Positions 55,527-64,000 of a stretch of DNA of 64,000 nt are shown here, one piece after another. Location of the stretch: positions 28,454 to 92,453 of IMG/VR virus record IMGVR_UViG_3300027365_000010. One strand, given 5' to 3'. A program made the translations under genes and the position numbers. Every line of letters begins with the position of its first letter. The stretch's first letter is position 1. The notes below the pieces were generated by a model. The model did not search any database, was not told the DNA's origin, and saw only the letters and a list, made by a program, of their open reading frames with translations. Source of the stretch: a virus.

Positions 55527-56588
55527 ATGATTGGATTTATCTGGTTTATTGTAGCAGTTACTATCTTTGCTATTTTTGCACCTTTTGTCATGAGATTCTT
55601 GTTCCCACACCGTGTATTGTGGCGAGAAGTGGCAGCAAGTATCGCATTGTCGATTGTATTCAGTGTTGTATGTTCGTTGGTTGTGATCTATGGCGGTAGT
55701 CTCAACACTGAAATTCTTAACGGAAAGGTTACTAATAAGGCCCAAGAACAGGTTAGCTGTGAACATAGTTACCAAGTATGTTCGGGTAGTGGTGAAAATC
55801 GTGTCTGTACGACGTACTATGAACACTCATACGATTATGATTGGGTAGTACATACAACAGTGGGTGAAATTGTCATTGACCGCGTTGACCGTCAGGGTAC
55901 TAAAGAGCCACCCAGATTCAGTAAAGTTAAAATCGGTGAACACGCCGCAGTGAGTAATACATACGTAGACTATCTCAAAGGCATTGAGAGTTCACTACTT
56001 TATCGAAAGAATCACAAGATTGTGAAAGAATACGAACGACTCATTCCTAGTTATCCAAGGGTATTTGACTATTATCGTACACGTCCTGTTATTTTTTCAG
56101 GCATTTCAGTAGATAATGCAGAACGTAAAATGTACAATGACGCAATGCATGACGTTTTGAAAGAGATTGGTAACAGTAAACAAGTAAATATCATTGTGGT
56201 TATTGTAGATAGTGAAAATCCTGAATTTGCAGAATATCTGCGTAACGACTGGCATAATGGTCGTAAAAATGATCAAATTGTCGTAATCGGTGCGCCGGAA
56301 TATCCTAAAGTAGAATGGTCTTATTCATTTGGTTGGTCTAAAAAACAGGATGTTAACCCATCGATTGACTACGACGTTACGCGTTTGGAACATCTTTCGC
56401 CTGAAGCTCTTGCTGAAACTGTGAAAACAAACGTCGTTAAGCATTTTAAACGCCGCCCTATGGAAGAGTTTAAAAGCTATCTTTGGGAAACCGAGATCGA
56501 GCTTTGGAAATTTGTTTTAGTCTTTTTCCTACAGATTGCGTTTAATGCGGGACTGTCATATTGGTGGTATCGGAATGACATCTATTAA
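55527..56588 (+). CDS. Membrane protein (phage family usually paired with a LemA-like gene)
   Basis: N-terminal TMs, EILNGKVT...SCEHSY, WHNGRKND, C-terminal TM. Confidence 0.75.
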   Translation: MIGFIWFIVAVTIFAIFAPFVMRFLFPHRVLWREVAASIALSIVFSVVCSLVVIYGGSLNTEILNGKVTNKAQEQVSCEHSYQVCSGSGENRVCTTYYEHSYDYDWVVHTTVGEIVIDRVDRQGTKEPPRFSKVKIGEHAAVSNTYVDYLKGIESSLLYRKNHKIVKEYERLIPSYPRVFDYYRTRPVIFSGISVDNAERKMYNDAMHDVLKEIGNSKQVNIIVVIVDSENPEFAEYLRNDWHNGRKNDQIVVIGAPEYPKVEWSYSFGWSKKQDVNPSIDYDVTRLEHLSPEALAETVKTNVVKHFKRRPMEEFKSYLWETEIELWKFVLVFFLQIAFNAGLSYWWYRNDIY

Positions 56589-56949
56589 GCACATAGATAA
56601 TGCTCTCAATACATGGGAGTATTATCGAGATTTCGATATAGAGCTGTGTGGCGAATGTACCCGATTGTCACAAACTATTCTCAATCGAATTTCCCCAGAG
56701 TTAGTTCGTGAGCGCTTAAATTTATGTGGTTGTAAAGATAAACATGCGGAGAAACATATAAAAGAAATAAAAAAAGAGATAGGTAGGTGTGGTGTAATTG
56801 ATGATGTATCGATTGAAGTTTCATCATTTGCCTTGCCATTTGTACGAGTATATGTTTTAATATTCAAAGATAACCCTGAATCGCTGGGATTATTTAAACT
56901 TAAAAACTTAGATAAAAAATATAGGAAGGTTTATAATGAGTGCACTTAA
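56536..56949 (+). CDS. Hypothetical protein
   Basis: ORF between the two membrane genes; true start probably MTSIK. Confidence 0.55.
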   Translation: MRLMRDCHIGGIGMTSIKHIDNALNTWEYYRDFDIELCGECTRLSQTILNRISPELVRERLNLCGCKDKHAEKHIKEIKKEIGRCGVIDDVSIEVSSFALPFVRVYVLIFKDNPESLGLFKLKNLDKKYRKVYNECT

Positions 56950-57505
56950 AATAACAGGTATTGTATTTGCTTCAGTCTTTGCCCTACTACTGGTAATTGG
57001 TGTTTCATTTGGAGGCATGTATGTCTCATACAATGATCGAGCGGTCGATCTAGAATCACAGATTGTTGCACAGCATAAGGATTTGCAGAACATCAAATCC
57101 AACTACACATTGAAGATTCAAGAGATCGTGCAAGTTACCGACAAGTATAAGGACGATCTACGAGAGATTGTAGATGCAACGTTTGAAGGCCGTTACGGAA
57201 GCAATGGTTCCCAAGCCATGTTCCAATGGATTCAAGAACAAAATATTAATCTTGACCCGAGTGTGTACAAAGAAATTCAAGTCGCCATTAAAGCGGGTCG
57301 TGCAGAGTTTCAAAACGCGCAAACTCGATTTATCGATACAAAACGTATTTACAATCGAGAACTTAATAGTTTTGTGAGCGGCTTTTTCATGTCGAGTGTC
57401 AATGACTTTCCAAGTATTAACCTTGATGAATACAACACTATTGTTGCCGAATCAACACGCCGAGAATTTGAATCTGGCACAGATAGTGCGATCAAAATCA
57501 ACTAA
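56936..57505 (+). CDS. LemA-like membrane-anchored protein
   Basis: N-terminal TM, SYND, GRYG...AMFQWIQEQN, AGRAEF. Confidence 0.7.
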   Translation: MSALKITGIVFASVFALLLVIGVSFGGMYVSYNDRAVDLESQIVAQHKDLQNIKSNYTLKIQEIVQVTDKYKDDLREIVDATFEGRYGSNGSQAMFQWIQEQNINLDPSVYKEIQVAIKAGRAEFQNAQTRFIDTKRIYNRELNSFVSGFFMSSVNDFPSINLDEYNTIVAESTRREFESGTDSAIKIN

Positions 57506-57571
57506 TTGCTACTGAGTATACAAGGGGCTTTTGAGCCCCTTTGTCTTATGTGAAAACAAAGGAAGATTACG

Positions 57572-57913
57572 TTGCCAGATTATTCACTCTTGATCGATGA
57601 ATTAGAAAGCTCTTGTAAATATCAATTATACGATTATGGTCTTTGCACTAATAAGGAAATGTGCAATTCAGGGGTGTTCCTACAATTTCAAATAGATGTG
57701 GTATCAATCAATACTCATAATGCAAAAAAGATAGTTAAATTTTATAACGCAGTTAAACATCTTTCAAATGATGGTATTGCTTTGAAACACTCATATGAAG
57801 AACATGGATTGGTTACTGGAAAACAATATAGGATCAGTAAGTTAGAGATTTTCATCTATCATTTGGATGTTTGTAAAGAAAATTTATCAAAAATGATGAA
57901 CTATTATGCTTAG
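57572..57913 (+). CDS. Hypothetical protein
   Basis: TTG start after AAGGA. Confidence 0.55.
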   Translation: MPDYSLLIDELESSCKYQLYDYGLCTNKEMCNSGVFLQFQIDVVSINTHNAKKIVKFYNAVKHLSNDGIALKHSYEEHGLVTGKQYRISKLEIFIYHLDVCKENLSKMMNYYA

Positions 57914-58093
57914 GGCTGAAAGCAACGATTGACGTAGATATAAACATAAGCCTGATCAATGAGACAAACTTCGCATCAGCATTAGATGTTGTCAGAATTA
58001 TGAAATGAGTCGCATAGTAGTGATAATGTATTTTATAAACAAAACAACATTTTTTATATAGGGCGTAAGGTAAAAGCCTGCGTATATGTTTTT

Positions 58094-58537
58094 ATGGACA
58101 AGCTAGATGTGCTAAGCAAAATATTTTCGTGTAAAACAATACTATTCACCAATTATCATGTTAGTGAATATTCAGATGATACATTCATGATTATTTCCAT
58201 ATCATCAAAAGCAAGCTCGCTTAATATAAAGAAAAAAATCTCGGACTTTATCATGTATGTGCATAATAATATGAATAATTTCCTTGGCGCTCTTCAAATG
58301 GATTGTTATAAAGAAGGCGGTAACGGTTTCGAGCCAGAAATGACAGTATATAAAATGCATATAATTCTAAGAAAGGATATTTCTCATTATATCAATGAGT
58401 ATAAAAATATGTTTAATTACCTTAAACTGATAAATGGTAAAAATTTATTTATCGGCGATATTAGTATCAACAGTAGATTTTTAAATAACCCTGATAATAT
58501 TCAGGTCATTGATCGTATTATAAAAATAATGGAATGA
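58094..58537 (+). CDS. Hypothetical protein
   Basis: 147-aa ORF. Confidence 0.6.
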   Translation: MDKLDVLSKIFSCKTILFTNYHVSEYSDDTFMIISISSKASSLNIKKKISDFIMYVHNNMNNFLGALQMDCYKEGGNGFEPEMTVYKMHIILRKDISHYINEYKNMFNYLKLINGKNLFIGDISINSRFLNNPDNIQVIDRIIKIME

Positions 58538-58543
58538 AATATT

Positions 58544-58966
58544 ATGGGCGCAACCGTTATATCGATAACAGATTATAAGGAAAAAGGTAGCAGTGGACTA
58601 TTGCATTCGTTAGAAATGGTTATAATCTTGGAACCGGATACGTATTATTTACGATATCACGGATTTATTGAAGGAAATATTAAGCAAGTTTTTGATAAGT
58701 TACAAAAGTGTTATCCATCGGGTATTACTGTAAAACATTCATGTAGTGAGTTTGTAAAAGAATCCAGTAATACGAATATAATACTTAATAATTGTATCAG
58801 GGTACATGTTTATTTTTTATATAAAGATGCTCCAACACTTTATAAGCTAAGAAGTCACGATTTTCTTCCCAAAGTCCCTGCATGTGATTACAGGGAATTT
58901 GAATATATACTTAAACATTCTATGGAGCCTACCTTTTTACATACGGCTATAAAATACAAAATATGA
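58544..58966 (+). CDS. Hypothetical protein
   Basis: 140-aa ORF. Confidence 0.6.
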   Translation: MGATVISITDYKEKGSSGLLHSLEMVIILEPDTYYLRYHGFIEGNIKQVFDKLQKCYPSGITVKHSCSEFVKESSNTNIILNNCIRVHVYFLYKDAPTLYKLRSHDFLPKVPACDYREFEYILKHSMEPTFLHTAIKYKI

Positions 58967-59098
58967 AAATCATGTATTGACATATTAGAAAACCGTAGTA
59001 TAAATAGTATTAGAGGTCAAAGAGACCCAACTATAGAAAAAGACCATAAGGTCTATTTAAATGGCGAAAGAGCCAAACTACAATTAGGAGATAATATC

Positions 59099-60466
59099 AT
59101 GAACTATAATAACTTTTTTCTACTGAGTGATTCTTATAAGCTTTCCCACTTTGAACAATATCCTGAAGGTACCACTAAAGTCTATTCATATATAGAAAGT
59201 CGTGGTGGTAAATTTGACGAGCTACTATTTTTCGGTCTTCAGAAGTTTCTTGAAGATATCAATAATAATTTCCCAACAATGCAAGACGTTGAAGAAGCGC
59301 GTATCTTCTCAGAGGCACATGGTGTGAAATTCAACTACGAAGGTGCAAAAGCCTTGGTCGAACTGGGGTACTTCCCTATCAAAATACGCGCTGTCAAGGA
59401 AGGCATGATGGTACCTGTTAAAAATGTTCTAGCGGTTATTGAAAACACCTTACCTGAATTTTATTGGCTTCCTTCCTTCTTAGAGCCTAGAATTCTTAAG
59501 TCAGTATGGTATCCAACTACGGTAGCTACGTATAGTCGTGAATGTAAGTCTATAATTAAAAAATATATGGAACTTACTTCTGATACTACGGATGGTCTCG
59601 AATTCAAACTTCACGATTTCGGCTTCCGTAGCGCGTCTAGTGATGAAAGTGCTGGTATTGCTGGTGCAGCACATCTAGTTAACTTTTGGGGCACTGACAC
59701 TATGTTAGGCATTCTAACAGCCATGCGTTACTATGACAGTGGTGTATGTGGATATAGTGTTGTTGCGGCAGAACACAGTACTATCACTTCACACGGTAAA
59801 GAAAACGAAGCGGCTGTATACGAACAGCTTATTGACGATAACCCAACTGGTATACTATCCGTCGTTTCAGACAGCTATGATATCTACAATGCGGTGTCTA
59901 ACATTTTTGGTAAGCAGCTCAAGCAAAAGATTCTTGACCGTGATGGCGTATTCGTTGTTCGACCAGATAGTGGGAACCCTATTGAAATGGTATATGATGT
60001 TATCTCTTTATTGGCAGAGAACTTCGGATCATACAGAAATTCAAAAGGATATATGGTCCTGAATGACAAAGTTCGAGTCCTTCAAGGTGATGGAATTGAT
60101 ATAGAAATGGTACGCCGAATCTGTGAAAATCTGAAAATAAACGGATGGTCCACCGACAATGTAGTCTTTGGTATGGGTGGTAAGCTACTACAAGATCATA
60201 ACCGTGATACACAGAAATTCGCGTTCAAGTGTTCATACATCGAGGTTAATGGTAAAGGACGCGATGTATTCAAAGATCCTGTGACTGATCGTGTCAAGGT
60301 TTCTAAGAAAGGAAGGCTATCACTTGTTAGAACTGAGGATGGGTTTAGAACGATTCCAGAATCTGAAGCCGGTGAGTATGATTTGCTCGAAACCGTATAT
60401 CAAGATGGTATTATTAAGCGCAAGCAAATCTTTGATGAAATACGACAACTAGCTGCAATTAAGTAA
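59099..60466 (+). CDS. nadV: Nicotinamide phosphoribosyltransferase family (NAMPT/NadV)
   Basis: DSYKLSH, YSYIESRG, KLHDFGFR, GTD, AAEHS, SVVSDSYD, RPDSG, QGDGI, FGMGG, RDT..FAFK, KVSKKG. Confidence 0.93.
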   Translation: MNYNNFFLLSDSYKLSHFEQYPEGTTKVYSYIESRGGKFDELLFFGLQKFLEDINNNFPTMQDVEEARIFSEAHGVKFNYEGAKALVELGYFPIKIRAVKEGMMVPVKNVLAVIENTLPEFYWLPSFLEPRILKSVWYPTTVATYSRECKSIIKKYMELTSDTTDGLEFKLHDFGFRSASSDESAGIAGAAHLVNFWGTDTMLGILTAMRYYDSGVCGYSVVAAEHSTITSHGKENEAAVYEQLIDDNPTGILSVVSDSYDIYNAVSNIFGKQLKQKILDRDGVFVVRPDSGNPIEMVYDVISLLAENFGSYRNSKGYMVLNDKVRVLQGDGIDIEMVRRICENLKINGWSTDNVVFGMGGKLLQDHNRDTQKFAFKCSYIEVNGKGRDVFKDPVTDRVKVSKKGRLSLVRTEDGFRTIPESEAGEYDLLETVYQDGIIKRKQIFDEIRQLAAIK

Positions 60467-60476
60467 AGATGGGATA

Positions 60477-60498
60477 AAAGGAGGCTTAAGCCTCCTTT
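60477..60498 (+). terminator. Terminator after the NAMPT gene
   Basis: AAAGGAGGC-TTAA-GCCTCCTTT. Confidence 0.75.
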
Positions 60499-60558
60499 AT
60501 CATTATCTCCAAGGAATAAATATAATAAACGTTTAAGCTTAATCCTTTGGAGCTATTA

Positions 60559-61719
60559 ATGACATACATTCCTGAGAAAGTAGACATCTCTAAGTTCGAT
60601 GCATTTGGAAGAATGCGTGTTTCTGACCCCCATACGTTGTTTGAATCACAAATGCAGTTTGATGAACAACCTCTTTTATGGGAAACAATTACTACTGGTG
60701 CCCCTACGTCTATCCATATTCCATATCAATCGTCTCTTTCATTAGATGTCACAACAACAGGTGACAAAATTTTCAGGGAAACGTATGAAAAGTTCCGATA
60801 TCAACCGGGCAAATCACAGCTTATATTCATGACAGGTGTACTAGGTACCAATTCGGGTGGTATTAAGCGTGTTGGATATTTCAATGATGACAATGGGATA
60901 TTTTACGAACAACATCCAACCGAAGGTCTTCGCTTTGGTATCCGAAGCAATGTCTCAGATGGTTCAACCGTCACGCATGACTATGTGAACCAATCCTCTT
61001 GGAATATAGATACTTTTAATGATATTGATCCTTCTAAATCGTTCATTATCGTCATCGATATGGAATGGTTGGGCATGGGTACTGTGCGCGTTGGTTTTGT
61101 ACATAATGGAGCAATACGTTATGTGCATTCATTTCATCATGCAAACCTCATAGATACTGTATATATGGCAACTGCCAACCTTCCCTGTCGCTACGAAATT
61201 GAATATAGTACCGGAGCTGATTCACTATTACAGACATGTACGACAGTTATTTCCGAAGGTGGCTTTGTCAATAAAGGTATCGTTCGGTATGTGGACACAG
61301 GAACAACATCAAGGGATGTTTCAACCGAAACACCTGTTGTAAGTATAAAGCTTAAAGATGCCTATGCCGGTGCACAAATAATACCAGAAACTTGTGACGT
61401 ACTCCAAACATCGAACAGTACTACCGTGCGATATAGGATTGTGGTTAGAAACACGCTAACGGGTGCCTCATGGACATCTGTAGATTCAGAATCAAGTGTT
61501 GAGTATGATATATCAGCAACCTCATCTTCGGGTGGTATTGTAATCGCTGGTGGGTTTTTACCACCTAAATCGCCCATTCCGATAGACTTAGATTTCAGTA
61601 ACATGCCACCACTATGCACTGACTATAACAATAATAATATGATTTTAAGTGTACTTGTAGAAGGCATTGGTGGTAGTGCACCTATTTATTCGGGTATACG
61701 TTTTAGGGAGTTGAAGTAA
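60559..61719 (+). CDS. Probable virion structural protein (beta-rich)
   Basis: DAFGRMRVSDP.TLF, YQPGKS, EWLGMGTVRVG; TAAATA upstream; Ser/Thr-rich. Confidence 0.6.
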   Translation: MTYIPEKVDISKFDAFGRMRVSDPHTLFESQMQFDEQPLLWETITTGAPTSIHIPYQSSLSLDVTTTGDKIFRETYEKFRYQPGKSQLIFMTGVLGTNSGGIKRVGYFNDDNGIFYEQHPTEGLRFGIRSNVSDGSTVTHDYVNQSSWNIDTFNDIDPSKSFIIVIDMEWLGMGTVRVGFVHNGAIRYVHSFHHANLIDTVYMATANLPCRYEIEYSTGADSLLQTCTTVISEGGFVNKGIVRYVDTGTTSRDVSTETPVVSIKLKDAYAGAQIIPETCDVLQTSNSTTVRYRIVVRNTLTGASWTSVDSESSVEYDISATSSSGGIVIAGGFLPPKSPIPIDLDFSNMPPLCTDYNNNNMILSVLVEGIGGSAPIYSGIRFRELK

Positions 61720-62534
61720 TGCCAGTAACAACAAAATTAACATTCAGTGAAGTACCAAAAGTTGACACTTCGGTAGACTATTTTGATAGTTCTGATAAAG
61801 AGATTATTGTAGATAAGCCAAATGGTGTTGGTTGGAAACATGAAAATAGCTTTCTTGGTAACAACTCAGTCATCCATGTTTGGAAAAAAGGTGTGCCAGA
61901 TTTTGACGAAGGATATGAATTATATTGGACAGGATACGGTGATGATGTAACCAATGGTATTATTGGTGAAGGTCAAGAAATTTTCATTAACATCTCAGAT
62001 ACCGATACAACAGACCAATCAGTAGAGTTTGAGTTCATAGCACAGGATACATTTTTATATGGAGGTCATGCAGTATGGTCTGGTACTCAGATTAAAGATT
62101 CTTTTTCTCTCCTTGTGATTGCCAAAGAAAATGTTTTTGTGACTACAGGCGACCAAGATTTGACCATCGGCAACGATGGTCGTGCAATATATGTAGGTAC
62201 TGGAAATGGTACACATTCATTCTCTGATACACCTGTGATAACTGAAAATAAAACTGGAACAGGTTATTGGAATTGTGATTTTGAGACAGGATTGCAACCG
62301 GCGACTAATGGTGATGGTTTTTATGATATATTAAATTATGAAAAAACGGTTGCAAGAATAATCAACAAGGTACATACTATCGGTGCTGACGGAACATTTG
62401 ATATAACCGCTGAGAATTCTTGGAACATCCTACATGGTTATAAATTTCGATTGGTGGCACACGTAGACTCAAATAACCCTCACGCATGGCAATGTGGTTT
62501 ATCACTGAGTATGTTCAGACGTAGCACTATATAG
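61719..62534 (+). CDS. Probable virion structural protein
   Basis: TAATG-coupled, Gly/Thr/Asp-rich beta-type composition. Confidence 0.55.
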   Translation: MPVTTKLTFSEVPKVDTSVDYFDSSDKEIIVDKPNGVGWKHENSFLGNNSVIHVWKKGVPDFDEGYELYWTGYGDDVTNGIIGEGQEIFINISDTDTTDQSVEFEFIAQDTFLYGGHAVWSGTQIKDSFSLLVIAKENVFVTTGDQDLTIGNDGRAIYVGTGNGTHSFSDTPVITENKTGTGYWNCDFETGLQPATNGDGFYDILNYEKTVARIINKVHTIGADGTFDITAENSWNILHGYKFRLVAHVDSNNPHAWQCGLSLSMFRRSTI

Positions 62535-62746
62535 CACATGTCATGTGCTATATAGTAAATAGATAAAACGTTGGAGGTTTCTATGGAAATTCTAATTATT
62601 ACGTTACTTTGTATAGTGTCTCTTTTGTCTATCGTAAAACTTCTATTTTCATATCGCTTTATTGTTATTGACCCTTCGACATATAGGAAATACTCACAAC
62701 GTTGGTGGTTTTGGTTTATTAAATAATTATACAAAGGAATCTTCTA

Positions 62747-63310
62747 ATGGAACATTTATCATTATATAAAAAGGGTGTTATATCATTTACATATGATGAG
62801 CCACATATAATTGACACACCAATATTTAATGACTCTAATATAATGCAGTACCTTCAAGAGAATATTAAGCTTGAACGTTCATATTCAATCAGAGATGTCA
62901 TCGAGACACTTAGTGCTTTTCCAGAGTTACAATGTATACATTCTTTTGCAAGTGATCTAGCTAATTTACCGATTAGTTCCAACCTTCTGTTGAGAAATCA
63001 TGACCTGAACTATATCTCATTCGAATATATACATGAGATGTACTATGTTAATGCAAATGTTAACCGTACTGAAACTTACACGTATATTGGTGTGTATTCT
63101 GGTCATAATAATGAGGTTGATAATGATATTCTGGATTATTGTCTTGAGGATATCATAGATTTGCCTATCGTTTTAAGGACTGGTATAGAGCGGAAAGATA
63201 ATATAGAAAGGATTTATATTGGTAATGTAACTTTTTTGACCTTTTTATATGAGATCATTGATTATATTTCTCTCCTTATAGATACAACTACTAATACCAA
63301 ATCGGCTTGA
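62747..63310 (+). CDS. Hypothetical protein
   Basis: AAGGA RBS, 187 aa. Confidence 0.7.
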   Translation: MEHLSLYKKGVISFTYDEPHIIDTPIFNDSNIMQYLQENIKLERSYSIRDVIETLSAFPELQCIHSFASDLANLPISSNLLLRNHDLNYISFEYIHEMYYVNANVNRTETYTYIGVYSGHNNEVDNDILDYCLEDIIDLPIVLRTGIERKDNIERIYIGNVTFLTFLYEIIDYISLLIDTTTNTKSA

Positions 63311-63359
63311 TTTCCTGTACTTTTATACTAAATAAAGGTGTAAACTAAGGAGGTCATTC

Positions 63360-63512
63360 ATGGTAGTTGCAGCACTGATATACTTAGGTATTGTGGGAGG
63401 TATTGTCGCACTAATGTACGCATGCATGGGTGTGACATTTTTCATGGTTCAGGATGATGTTCATGATCGACAACAACCCCACTACCTATATCATCCATCC
63501 AGAAGAGGGTAA
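63360..63512 (+). CDS. Small single-TM protein (50 aa)
   Basis: AAGGAGG RBS, TAAATA upstream, MVVAALIYLGIVGGIVALMYA. Confidence 0.6.
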   Translation: MVVAALIYLGIVGGIVALMYACMGVTFFMVQDDVHDRQQPHYLYHPSRRG

Positions 63513-63559
63513 TAACATACCCTCTTGATCCTACCCTCAATAAATGCTATCATTGCATC

Positions 63560-64000
63560 ATGTCCCAAAAATTAGAGAACATTGATTATTATTTGATAGT
63601 CTACAACTTACTAAATCGACTGTCATACTATCTTTCCCAAGATGATTGCGACTCAGCCTTGATTGAATTCAATAATTTTATTGCTTCAAAAGAGAATGTT
63701 GGTGCTTTATTTATCTATTTTATCACGGATAAACGGTTTGTTCCTAGTAATGTACTAGAGTGTATGAACATTTTCATTAATGATAGTGTATTATCAAAAT
63801 TTATAAAACTTGTTCCAACGACTATTATAATGTATACTAGTAGTATATATCTCGATGGTCCTTGTAATCTGAGATTCATATATAATAATATGATGAAAGC
63901 AACGAACCATAACTGGGATACAATCGATTGGAATTCAGAAGAACTAAAGAAAGTAATACGATATGTGAAGCTAAAACTACCTAGAGAAGTCTTAGATATA
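63560..64000 (+). CDS. Hypothetical protein (runs off window end)
   Basis: ATG at 63560, frame appears open to the window end (MSQKLENIDYY...YVKLKLPREVLDI). Confidence 0.55.
   Translation, partial: MSQKLENIDYYLIVYNLLNRLSYYLSQDDCDSALIEFNNFIASKENVGALFIYFITDKRFVPSNVLECMNIFINDSVLSKFIKLVPTTIIMYTSSIYLDGPCNLRFIYNNMMKATNHNWDTIDWNSEELKKVIRYVKLKLPREVLDI

Noticed and set aside
1170-62734. Numerous other 60-135-aa ORFs nested in or antisense to larger genes
   Set aside because: They overlap well-supported genes and lack RBS or motifs.
1-64000. tRNA, rRNA, CRISPR array, group I/II intron
   Set aside because: No cloverleaf/T-loop, regularly spaced repeat array or intron-interrupted conserved gene was seen by eye; tRNAscan-SE and Infernal would be needed to exclude them fully.
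1-64000. Stop-codon reassignment as seen in some large phages
   Set aside because: Conserved genes are full length in the standard code, and TAA, TAG and TGA all occur as genuine gene ends.

Overview
A 64 kb AT-rich, gene-dense segment of a large T4-like (jumbo) myophage genome read in the standard genetic code. It carries virion genes (gp13/gp14-like neck proteins, gp4-like head completion nuclease, three tandem tail-tube paralogues, a 955-aa tail sheath) and nucleotide/NAD metabolism genes (monomeric class II RNR, thymidine kinase, dCMP deaminase, dNMP kinase, MazG-like pyrophosphatase, two Nudix hydrolases, NAMPT-family enzyme). It also has an ATP-dependent DNA ligase, proteases (ClpP, HslV-like Ntn hydrolase), an AAA+ ATPase and many hypothetical genes. 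Both sigma70-type promoters and T4-type late promoters (TATAAATA) are visible. I saw no tRNA, rRNA or CRISPR array. The standout feature is the stand-alone late gene at 12356-13252 (-). It encodes only the 87-aa Walker A-to-Walker B segment of the terminase large subunit, preceded by the C-half of one split intein and followed by the N-half of another. This implies a terminase assembled from three separately encoded pieces by two trans-splicing reactions; the partner genes are not in this window. Secondary observations: many late proteins share an N-terminal capsid-targeting/protease-cleavage-like leader, including tandem amidoligases, three ADP-ribosyltransferase-like paralogues and a RelE-like protein. 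There is also a candidate late small RNA and a triple-hairpin leader before the NAMPT gene. All protein assignments are by eye from motifs; no database search was run.
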